DNA of 64,000 bases from Macrostomum hystrix (lineage: Eukaryota; Animalia; Platyhelminthes), in the NCBI GenBank assembly GCA_950097015.1, contig CATNEN010000001.1, forward strand, positions 23,064,001 to 23,128,000. The letters are read 5' to 3'. The notes beneath the pieces are model-generated. The model was not told the origin of the DNA, did not search any database, and saw only the letters and a list, made by a program, of their open reading frames with translations. Both the position numbers and the translations under genes were made by a program. How positions within the stretch are numbered: the stretch's first letter is position 1; every line of letters starts with the position of its first letter. Shown here piece after piece: positions 27,301 to 39,700 of the stretch.

Positions 27301-30300
27301 GAAATGGGTGAGTAGGCTGCGACTGCGATTAACAATGAGAACTGGGTGAGTAGGCTGCGACTGCGATTAACAATGAGAAATGGGTGAGTAGCCTGCGACT
27401 GGGATTAACAATGAGAAATGGGTGAGTAACCTGCGACTGGGATTAACAATGAGAAATGGGTGAGTAGCCTGCGACTGGGATTAACAATGAGAAATGGGTG
27501 AGTAGGCTGCGACTGTGATTAACAATGAGAAATGGGTGAGTAGGCTGCGACTGGGATTAACAATGAGAAATGGGTGAGTAGGCTGCGACTGGGATTAACA
27601 ATGAGAAATGGGTGAGTAGGCTGCGACTGTGATTAACAATGAGAAATGGGTGAGTAGGCTGCGACTGGGATTAACAATGAGAAATGGGTGAGTAGGCTGC
27701 GACTGCGATTAACAATGAGAACTGGGTGAGTAGGCTGCGACTGCGATTAACAATGAGAACTGGGTGAGTAGGCTGCGACTGCGATTAACAATGAGAACTG
27801 GGTGAGTAGGCTGCGACTGCGATTAACAATGAGAAATGGGTGAGTAGCCTGCGACTGGGATTAACAATGAGAAATGGGTGAGTAGGCTGCGACTGGGATT
27901 AACAATGAGAAATGGGTGAGTAGCCTGCGATTGTGGCAGAAGATCTGAGGGAGGAGAGATGACAGAGGAGAGATGAGAGAGGAGAGATAAGACAGGAGAG
28001 ATGAGACAGGAGAGATGACAGAGGAGAGATGGGACAGGAGAGATGGGACAGGAGAGATGACAGAGGAGAGATGAGACAGGAGAGATGGGACAGGAGAGAT
28101 GAGACAGGAGAGATGACAGAGGAGAGATGGGACAGGAGAGATGGGACAGGAGAGATGAGACAGGAGAGATGAGACAGGAGAGATGGGACAGGAGAGATGA
28201 GACAGGAGAGATGAAACAGGAGAGATGAGACAGGAGAGATGAGACAGGAGAGATGAGACAGGAGAGATGGGACAGGAGAGATGAGACAGGAGAGATGAGA
28301 CAGGAGAGATGAGACAGGAGAGATGGGACAGGAGAGATGGGACAGGAGAGATGGGACAGGAGAGATGGGCCAGGAGAGACGAGAGAGGAGAGATACGAGT
28401 GAGATGAGGTAGTGTGTAATACAAGTTTAAGATTGTTTAGATAAGTTTATCCTGAGTGTCAGACAATAGTTTTTGTACGGTTTCAGCAATGAGTTTCGCA
28501 TTACTTGGAGGCTGCAAATCAAATGCAAAATGGTACCACAGAATGGAAATAATGTCCCACTTAGAGCTAATTAGAAAAAAGTCACATTAGCTCAGCTGTC
28601 CACAGCTGAATAATGCACCGCATTTGGCAGTGCATGTAGCGACTATTAATAAGGCCAGGACCAGTTTACTTAAGCATGTTTTTTGTGCGCAGTATGCTCC
28701 AACTCGCCCACCCCGCATTACTCACTGGAACAGCTGGTTAGTGACACATGGTGTAGCATTTGCAGGGCACGCTGCATGCTCAGCCTTGGTGTGCCTGTCT
28801 GTTGTGTGCCTTAAACTGCTCGCTTTAAAGTTTAGCAATGATCTAAAGCGCAACGCGTGTGTCTTTCATAGTGCTTATGGGAAACTTAGTAGTAAAGAGG
28901 CCTTCAGGGTTTAAATGTCGGACAATCAAATCTATACCTTTGTTAGTGAGTGAGAGTGGTTAACGCGTCTGCCTCTCGCACCAAGGTCCCTGAGCTCGAT
29001 TCTGGTGTGAGGCCACATTCAATTGGGGTGCAGCCGCTGAGGGGCTTGGGGGCTTGTCGTGCAATTTACGCCATCGAGTGCCAACCTCGAAGGCACAATG
29101 AGAGTTTACACTGCCTGACGATGAGAAAGTCCGGCCAGATGTACACACCTGTGTGAGTGTGTGCCTGCGTACGGTATCTGTGTGCTCAGGAGTCAGTGGA
29201 ATGGGCAGAATTGCAGGAAAACTCAGCAGCAGTGGCAGCAGTCAGTCTTTGTTCTAAGCCAGCTCTTTAGCCCCACACGCGCCAACGTGTTTCGCCCCTT
29301 GGCCATATTCTAGTGGTGTGTTCTTCTTAGAAACCATTTTAACGAGAGAACTGACCAGTTATTCGATTGACCAAAATACTCAGCTGTCAGCTGTGTGAGT
29401 ATGATTCTATAGTGCCAGGCTTGCTGTGTGCTTTGTGAGCATAGTATGCTCAACTGTGAGCTGCCAGCACTGAGTTGGGAAGGGAACAATGGACTGAGCC
29501 CGCACTGCTGGGGGTGCTGAGCTGACTAAGCTGACTGCAACCCCATGCGGCCAGTAGTTTGATTGTTCCCTCCTCCCCTCCCCTTCTCTCCGTTCCAAAT
29601 CCCATTCCCAGCTCGCCTCCGGGGTGCGCGCACAGCATGGACTAGCTTGACTTTCAAGAGGGGACAAAAAAAGCCAGCACGCAGTGAGTCCACCACGTTG
29701 GCGGCACCTTTTCTCTCCCTCAGCTCTGCCACACGGAGGCGAAAGCAACGTGTTACAAGATTAACTGGCAGGAATTACTGGAGTGTTTTTTATATGCAGC
29801 CCTGTTTGTACACGCCAATACCAACCAGCCCTCTCTCTTCACCTCCGCGCCCCGTGCCGCCCCCACAACCGCCCCACCTCCGCCATAGAACCCAGAAAGG
29901 TGAGAGAGGAGAGAGAACGACAGAGAATGGGTGGTATGCATGCTGTAGTGAGCAGGCAGCAAAAAACCCAGGTCGATGAGGTGGTTGGGCGGTTGTTGCG
30001 TTGGTTGGACCGCGAGGTCGTGCGTGGCTTGGGGGGTATAAATAAATTGTCCCCACAGCGCACTGCTCCATAGATCGCCAGACAAGAAACTCGAGAGCGC
30101 CTCTTAGATTGGTGTAGACTAGCATTTGACCCCTCCGCTGGGAGGGGGTCCTGACCCTGCCCCCCTTCCAGCGGAGCGCATCAACCAGTCCCATAGACAA
30201 TTTCGGAAATTCACCGACAAATAAGTTTCGCTTCGAAACACATTCCACAATCAGGACTCGGCTCACGGAGGCAAGGCTAAGGTTCCGGAGAAGGGCAAAG

Positions 30301-33300
30301 CACCGGTTGTTGTGAGTACACTGTTCTCAAATTCATACTTTCTTCTCCCGTATTTGCTTCGCTTTATAAAAAGTTTCTTTCATCTCTCTCCTGTCTCCCT
30401 CTCCTGTCTCCCTCTCCTGTCTCCCTCTCCTGTCTCCCTCTCCTGTCTCCCTCTCCTGTCTCCCTCTCCTGTCTCCCTCTCCTGTCTCCCTCTCCTGTCT
30501 CCCTCTCCTGTCTCCCTCTCCTGTCTCCCTCTCCTGTCTCCCTCTCCTGTCTCCCTCTCCTGTCTCCCTCTCCTGTCTCCCTCTCCTGTCTCCCTCTCCT
30601 GTCTCCCTCTCCTGTCTCCCTCTCCTGTCTCCCTCTCCTGTCTCCCTCTCCTGTCTCCCTCTCCTGTCTCCCTCTCCTGTCTCCCACTCCCCCTCCTTCC
30701 CTCCCCGTCTGTTCCTCGCTTCCCACAGTCAAGCAGCCTCCCCAAGCTTCAACGCACCTCCGCCACAAACCGCAGGCGGCACCGCAGTACTTCGACGACC
30801 CGGACGGACCCCTGCAGCTGCCAAATTCCATTCGGCCAGAGAAATGGAAGCGACCCCAGGAGTACTTCGGCGAGGGCCGTCCCATTGTGGTGGTCGACGG
30901 CGAGAACAATGGCTACTTCGGCTTTGACCTAATGACCGCCAATGAGCATATCCTGCACTGCGAGGTGAGGATTAATGCGGAATTTTATAACTTCATAACG
31001 TGTCTAACATGTCTAACATGTCCAGAACCCCTGTCTAACATGTCTAGAACCCCTGTCTAACATGTCTAGAACCCCTGTCTAACATGTCTAACATGTCTAA
31101 CATGTCCAGAACCCCTGTCTAACATGTCTAGAACCCCTGTCTAACATGTCTAACATGTCTAACATGTCCAGAACCCCTGTCTAACATGTCTTGAACCCTT
31201 GTCAAACATTTCTAACTATTCTCAGATAATCAGCTCATTAAGCTTGCGTAGCTCTTAGCTGGAAACCTGTAGAATTTATCTGACCTGAACCTGCATTAGT
31301 AGATTTGGCGTGAGTCACATTCAGGTTTAATCTGGTAATTTCAAACGAACTATGCATGAGGTATACAGTATCAGTATCAATGATATACATACATACTCTC
31401 AGGAACCCTCCTTCCCCAAGCTCATGTCCTACCTGCCTTGATGTTGGTGTCCAATTACACTCTTATTCACAGGGAGAGACGGGTTCCAGTCTAACATATT
31501 TATTCCTCGGGACATTGCACAGCGTCTCAAAGGGTCCCCCCGTTCAGGTGTCAACCTGTCTACACTGAATGATGCTTACGTCACAATTCTGGCTTGTCTT
31601 TGTTGACACATTCGCAAAGCAGCTCACATTTCTTATAATACGCAGATTAAAGAAAGTTTTTTTCGCATACAATCGGCATACAATAGCACGCATACTGCCT
31701 GGCATAGCAATTCAGTCTTCCGCTCTGGCAGTTCAACTTTAGTTGTAGCCAAATGTGCGGGCCGCATTTTCCAACGGAAGCGGGACTTCTTCAACTCTCT
31801 CTCTCTCTCTCTCTCACCTCTTTGCCTTTTTTCCAGGGTCTAAATAATTACTTCACGGCAAATTGCTCAATAAAATTTGGCCCCGCAAATCGGCGATGTG
31901 TACCCAGCTTTTAGTCTGAGAACTTTTCTCAAATTTTCAAATTTGCAATCATCTCATAGATTGAACCTAATTTTATGAAGCAGCTTTTCTTGCAGTTTGT
32001 GAGTCATTGCGTTCGGATACAACTGAAGAAAATAGTTTGGCTTTAGTGAGAATGGTTTGTTGAATTTTCTTGCATCACCGATAATTATAGTACCATTTGC
32101 CTGACTAAAAGAAATTTCAATATTTTGTTGCCATGCCGTTTCTGGAACCTGTTGGACAATTTTTTTAGGTTGTAAACCAGTTGTAGCCAGGAGTCGAACT
32201 CCCGACCTTTCAGTTAGAAGTCCGGAGCTCTACCGACTGGGCTTAAATAACAGCAAATTAGAGGTTGTAGCCTAGTGGCTAGAGCGTCGGAATCAACTTG
32301 AAGGTCGGGGGTTCGATTCCCAACTCCACTGAAACAATTTGTGTCCTTTAGCAAGACACTTAACTGTGCCTTTTAGTAAGTCTTTTAGACGCAGCCTTTT
32401 AATCATTTATTATTTAAAATATCGCATTAAAAAATATTTGAAATTTCTTTCTCCCGTCGCAGCTGATTCGCTGGATCATCACCCAGGTGGACTCGCTGTT
32501 CAAGATGCACGCCAGCAAAGCCACGGGCACAGAGCCAGCCGAGGTGCTGGTCTCACCAGACGGCATCGTGTACAACTACCGACCCTGGGAGCACATCTTC
32601 GCCATCAACAAGGTGGCCAAGGGGCCGAACATCCCGGCTTACAATCCCTACGGCAAATATGTGGTGCGCCTGTTCTGGCTGGTGAGTGCTCGTCTAAGAA
32701 CTTTTCCGTTTTATCCTACTCATAGTAGGCAACGTAAAAATCTGTAGTTACATTTTTATAATTGTAACATTTTTCGATACATATCGGGTCTAAAAATTGT
32801 TTTAACAAAATGTATAATATCAGCATAAAATAGACAATTTTACTGGTATATCGTTTCAATATACTGTTTAAAGCTTTATCTATTCCTGTATTTATCTATA
32901 CAGGGCCAATGGCGAAAGATCTACGTAGACGACAATCTGCCATTAGATGAGAATGACAAAATTCTGCTCCCAATGACTGCCAGGCAGAATGAACTCTGGC
33001 CAATGCTGCTCACCAAGGCTCTGATTAAAGTGGCCGCGTTAGAGTGAGTTTAAAATGTTGCCTATATTAGTTCTTTCGATTTGTTGAGATTTATTATCGC
33101 TGCAGATATGTTTAGAAAAAACGTTCGCCTCGACAATTCCAGCTACGGGGGCGGCAGCGGAACCCAGGAATTCGGCGACTTCTCGCCAATTCACTGCCTG
33201 ACTGGCTGGCTGCCGCAGACCATCATGGTTAGGTGAGAAACTTTATCACAAGCAATGTTGTACTTTCAAGCTGCTGCTGAACAAACCGAAAAAGTAGTAT

Positions 33301-33698
33301 GAAAAGGACATAAAGGATATATTTATAATTCTAATCAAACACAGGAAGGAGAGCTCAGCTAAACTGTGGGAGCTGCTTCAGAAGCTGCTGCCGGAGTGGA
33401 AGCTGCCCCAGCCGCCAGAGAAGGATCCCACAGAGGCTACTGATGAGCAGCCTCCCGGAGCGGTGAGCACTTTTTTGCTTCATTCGATTTGTAAAATATT
33501 ATTTGATTTATCGAGAAATAATTGCTTGCTGGATTCGAACTCCCGACCCTTGCTGTCGCGAGTCGGATGCATCAAATTTCACAGTAATTTTCTAAGAAGC
33601 ACTGACTAACTCGAATATCTATATCATGCGATTCATTTTTGTGGCAATCGTAAAAGGGAGTCACTGGAGCTGCTAGTAAAGTAAGTGTTCATCAGCAA

Positions 33699-33729
<31 letters not shown>

Positions 33730-36700
33730 CACAGCCCCAGTCACAGTCTGTCCCTGCTGATAGTCAGTCATCTGGAGCACATTTGAACAGTTCTTCAGCA
33801 TCCACGACTAGGATGGGGCACGGCGTTAAGATGACGGTATAAATGCACCTGAAGCTGCATTGATCAGCTTAGATAATATTAATTAATCATTGTTTCCTTT
33901 TCTTGATCCCAAAGCATAGATTTCTGTCCCATATTTCCTATTTTCGACCATTATTCGAATTTGAATCGATTAAGCGTCCTAGAAGCGGGAGAATTTCAAG
34001 TTTACAAATCCTCGCATTGATTAGCAGTGATTGTTGTTTCTGTCTAAAATTGACCTTCATTTCAAATAATTCTGTCTACAACGGCGCGCACATGTGTTCC
34101 TCACAAATTGAACTACGAATGCACCACTGAGGTCTGACCATTCCCTAAATTATATTTTCATTTCATAAAGTTTCCTTGATCTGGTAAACCTAGGATTATA
34201 ATTACATATGCCTATTTTTGTTGACGTGAGTCGTAGACCTCTTCATTTTAAATGCGACAGTTTTGTTATAATTATTGTGTTTGTTTTAATCCTCAGACAC
34301 CGGACGTGGAGAAGCAGCAGGAGCAGCACGCGGGCAAAGGTGGAAAACCAGCCCCTGGAGACAAAGCCAAAGGTAAGCATCTATTTAAATATTTTCTGCA
34401 ATCAAATATAATAAAATAATCGATTAAAATTTTAATTGATTGTTTTCTAACATTTCAAGGCAAAGAAGAGAAGAAGGAGACAAAGGCTGCCAAGGGCGAC
34501 AAAGCAAGTGAGTGACTTAAATTAGTAGAACTCATAAATTAATTGAAACTACTTGTGAGTTGTGAGTAGAATACTTAGCGTTTTTCGTTAATATTTACCG
34601 AAGCCAACAATGTTGGAGGTTCGATCCAGAATATACTAAAACATTTTGTGCCATTTAGCAAGACACGATGCCTACCATTACCTACCTGCAGAGGAGGATA
34701 CAATTGTCTACGACAAGCCCGAAGTGGCTATCTTCGCCTCCTACTACGACGCCACCAGACGCCAGCCGTTGCAGGTGACTTCGCTGGCTGACTGCGCCAA
34801 CAAGAGCGAGCAGCTGCGACAGCGCGGCTTCTCCTACCTGTACAGCCATCCAGTGCAGCTCACCAAGTTTCGCGTCTGTCCACTGGAGCCGCCCAAGCCG
34901 CCTGCGGAGATTCCTGCCTGGAAGCTGATCCGGCCGCGCGTCAAGCGGCCGCTGCCGCGCAGCGAGGCGGCTGGCGCTGACGAAGGTCTGGACGACGGTC
35001 CGGCCGGACCGGATGCGGCCGCGGCTGTGGAAGAGTCCAAGCCCATTTGCGCTATCGAGGTGGAATCACCGTTCGTCAATTATAAGGTCTGTCTGGGGCG
35101 GCAGAGGCGGGATGAGTGGCAGAGCGGTTAACGCGTTTGCCTCTCGCGCCAAGGTCCCTGAGCTCGATTCCGCGGCGAGGCCACATTTATTTGGGGTGCA
35201 GCCGCGGAGAGAAGTATTGTAGAGAAATTTTTGTGCAGTTTACGCCCCTGAGGGCCAACCTCCGAGGCACATTGAAAGTGTAAACTGCATGCCTGACCAT
35301 GAGAAAGTCAGGACAGATGTACACACCCTGTGTCACCAAAAGATGTGGCATTGTCCGCAGCCCTTCTACAATTATTATTATTACACTGGGGCGGGAGACA
35401 CGATACACAATGGGAAAACAAATGCTAGAAGACAGTTTAGGACGAGAGAGACCATCCGCCGGTATTGCTGATTCTCCTGAACCCACAGGTGGATCCGATG
35501 CCTCTGCCGCAGTCAACGTCGCGCCCAACTTCCTCGCTAAGTCGCCGCTCGACCCGGCCGGAGACGCCGCCGAATCCGCGCATCGACGAATTCGACGAGT
35601 CGGCGCCAGACTGGGACGTCCAGGAGGCGGAGCGCCGGGTTCGCGAGGCCGAGGAACTCCGGCTGGCAGCCGAAAGGGAGGCGGAGGAGAGGCGACTCGC
35701 CGAAGCGGCTCCAGCGGGCGGCGACATGGCGGCTGCCGATAAGCTGGCTGTGAGTAATTTCATTTTTCGTGATCAAATTTATCGAAAAACCCAATCATGC
35801 TACTCAGAAAATATTCCGTCAGTAGGGTGATTGCTTTTTTCTCATTTTCATAAACTGCTATAAAATTATTTTCTTTCAGTCGCCATCACCGTACAGAGCG
35901 AGAAAAGTGTCCAGATCTCCGGTATTTAAAATAGCGAAATGCTTATTTAGAAATGCTTTCTGTTATTTGTTTTTCTTTATACAAATGTACTTTAAGCTTT
36001 ATTAATATTGTACTTTGCTATATTCTAAATGCTGCGTATCTGAACATTAGTTTTTCTATAGTTTAGTATCTAAAGGCTCTTATAGAATGAGAAATTAGGC
36101 ATGGAGGTGTTTGATAATTTCCTTTTGCTTTCTATACCGACTTGCTACTTTATAGAAAATATTCAGTCAGAATCTAAACAGAAGGTCACTGGTTCGAATC
36201 TCGTTAGCATTATTGAGCAAGATAATTACTTCTCCTCTGAGTATGAGCTGGGGTAGAAGTTTTGGTTGCTGTTGGGGTATCCCCCTACAGTCCGTGTACA
36301 GAACAGGTGTCCAGAGCCTTTGGATGCACCACGCAATAGCTGCGGTTGTGTCATTCGCTTTACCTATCGCTTAATTAGTTAGGCATAATTTCTATCGATC
36401 CATCTATCTATATTTTACTATATCTATAACTTTATCCTAACCAGAGAGCTTTTCATGTCGAGCTCGGTAACCAAAATTCGTTCAAACATTTCTGACAGGC
36501 TCCAGACGCCAAAACTGGTGGAAAGTCAGCCAAGGCAGCTGCAGCCTCAGCCGCCGCCGCTGCAGCCGCCGCCTCAAAGCAGCAACAGCAGCAGGCTGAT
36601 GCAGCAGCGTCGGGCAAAGATGGCCCACCAAACATCACGGTGCAGTCCAGCTCTCACCTGGACGCTCTGGTTGAATCGCGCACCGATCTGGATGCCATCA

Positions 36701-39700
36701 CCGGCGGGAAGAAGCCCGAGAACAAGAAGTGGCTTGATCTGTCCGAGCTCATCGACTGCTTTCAGTGAGCCTTTTTCCTTCTTCCTGACATTATGAAAAG
36801 CATTAGATTCAGCAATTTGACTCCAAGCTGACTTCCTGAACCCATTGCAGCTGCATCCACGTCTACCACAAAGTGCATACTTATCAGCATCGCCAAGCGC
36901 ACAGCGATCTCAAGGTTTGTTGGCGCCTTTACTGGATCAAAACTTTGTTCATCTCCAAATTGAGTCAATAGAAATTTACGTCAGTAAATTTTGCTCATAA
37001 CTTTCAGAACATCGCCAACAGCGGCAGCACGACCAAGGAGACCAGGAAGTCGGCTGCGGGTGCTTCAGCCCCGGTGAGTTGCTGACACGACTTTTTTCAA
37101 ATTTTTGTTCCCTCTTTGCTGACTTTGTTCTTAAGCTTTAATCCTACTGATTGCCAAACGGAATTGTCTCCGATACCACCGCCTCAGACCCTTCATTGTG
37201 TCTCACATAACACCGCCTCAGACCCTTCATTGTGTCTCACATGACACCGCCTCAGACCCTTCATTGAGTCTCCGATACCATGACCTCAGACCCTTCATTG
37301 TGTCTCCGATACCACCACCTCAAACCCTTCATTGTGACTCCGATACCATGACCTCAGACCCTTCATTGTGTCTCCGATACCACCACCTCAAACCCTTCAT
37401 TGTGACTCCGATACCATGACCTCAGACCCTTCATTGTGTCTCCGATACCACCACCTCAAACCCTTCATTGTGACTCCGATACCACCACCTCAGACCCTTC
37501 ATTGTGACTCCGATACCACCACCTCAGACCCTTCATTGAGTCTCCGATACCATGACCTCAGACCCTTCATTGTGAATCCGATACCACCACCTCAAACCCT
37601 TCATTGTGACTCCGATACCACCACCTCAGACCCTTCATTGTGACTCCGATACCACCACCTCAGACCCTTCATTGAGTCTCCGATACCATGACCTCAGACC
37701 CTTCATTGTGAATCCGATACCACCACCTCAAACCCTTCATTGTGACTCCGATACCACCACCTCAGACCCTTCATTGTGACTCCGATACCACCACCTCAGA
37801 CCCTTCATTGAGTCTCCGATACCATGACCTCAGACCCTTCATTGTGAATCCGATACCACCACCTCAGACCCTTCATTGAGTCTCCGATACCATGACCTCA
37901 GACCCTTCATTGAGTCTCCGATACCATGACCTCAGACCCTTCATTGTGAATCCGATACCACCACCTCAAACCCTTCATTGTGACTCCGATACCACCACCT
38001 CAGACCCTTCATTGTGACTCCGATACCACCACCTCAGACCCTTCATTGAGTCTCCGATACCATGACCTCAGACCCTTCATTGTGTCTCCGATACCACCAC
38101 CTCAGACCCTTCATTGAGTCTCCGATACCATGACCTCAGACCCTTCATTGTGAATCCGATACCACCACCTCAGACCCTTCATTGAGTCTCCGATACCATG
38201 ACCTCAGACCCTTCATTGTGTCTCCGATACCACCACCTCAGACCCTTCATTGAGTCTCCGATACCATGACCTCAGACCCTTCATTGTGAATCCGATACCA
38301 CCACCTCAGACCCTTCATTGTGTCTTCGGAAAGCTGTAAAATGACTGACGTCGGACTCGTGCCGACTCGACAAAAACAAATTGCAGAACATCTCTCCGCA
38401 TCACACCTCGCCTCAGCTGTCACCAAGACTAATTAGAACGAAGTCAAGCAACAGTCTGTTGCACGTGCCTTCTCCGATTCACATACCGGTAGCCCAATCG
38501 GTGTGAATTCTTAGAAAAAAAGTCAAAAAAAAAAATTCAAAATAGTGTCGTAAAACAAAGCGAAGTGTAAAGCTGTTGTCTTTCAGTCTTTTATCTAAAA
38601 TTGGCCTTATACCTGTCCATGAATGTTTAATGGGTGTCGACTGTTCTCAATGTTCTGGCACAATTCTGTGTTGTTAAGCTGATAATTTTTAGCACCGAAA
38701 AAATACGTAAACTAAGCTTAAAGTTACTCTTAAAGTGACTCTTCTTAAAAATGTACTTAAAAGTTTTCGTATTTTACCATTGCAAACATTTTCCTCTTGT
38801 CATTAGTGTATCGCGCAACTAATTGGTTATTATATGGACGAATGCATGTAAAAGAATCAAAAACAATCTTTTAAACAATATTTAAAACAATCAAACTGAC
38901 AGATCACCAATTCTGACGAGCGCTCGCCAATGTTCCTAATGGTTGACTCCCTGGAGCCCACCGAGATCATCTTCTCGATGTCCGCGCTGTGCCGTTGGCC
39001 GGAGCCGCCGCTGCCAGTGACGGCGCCGACTCCAACCGCCGGGGTGGGCTCCGGTCAGCCGCTGCCGCAGCAGCTGCAAAAGTCTGGCAGAGAGTTCACC
39101 AAGTCCTCGGCGGAGGAGAGCGGCGTCAGGGCCGAGACGCCAACGGCGGCTGGTGACGAGGTGCATACAGCTTCCGGCGCGGCAGCCAACGAGCCACTGC
39201 TACCTGGCAGCTTCATATCCGGTGAGCAACAATGAGCGCAGACAAAATACTATGTTGAATACTGATGCTTTCAGCAATTCAGCAATAAATTGACTGGGTT
39301 GAACTTTGGCCTTTAATAACAGAGTTCCACAGCTGGAAGACCCTGCGGGTTGGCGCACCGTTTAAACGCCTAAAGACCACAGGAACAAAGGCCATCTCAT
39401 TGAACCTGCCGCCTGGCAGGCACGTGCTAAAGCTGTTCACAAAGGCACCACTCGGCTACCACTGCAAGATGGTGTCCTCCAGCCCGTTCAACTTTGGCAC
39501 GGAAGAGGACATCCTGCCGCTGCTGCAGAAAGAGCCACTGAGGTGAGTTGCTCACATGCATTCCATAAACTATTGAGGATGCCACATTACCGATTGCTCA
39601 TTCTGTTGACGACCCCGACTGCAGGCTGAAGGAATATGCCAACAAGCTGATGCAGGCTGTGGGCAACATCGTCAAGAACTTCCACGAGCCAGATCTTCGT

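Noticed and set aside
29407-30266. Overlapping 60-160 aa ORFs in an ADGB intron
   Set aside because: No recognisable domain and no consistent exon structure; possibly an unidentified repeat.
32181-32328. Functional tRNA genes (also the heads at 5881, 35106 and 60567)
   Set aside because: Acceptor and anticodon stems do not pair, and the sequences continue into SINE bodies.
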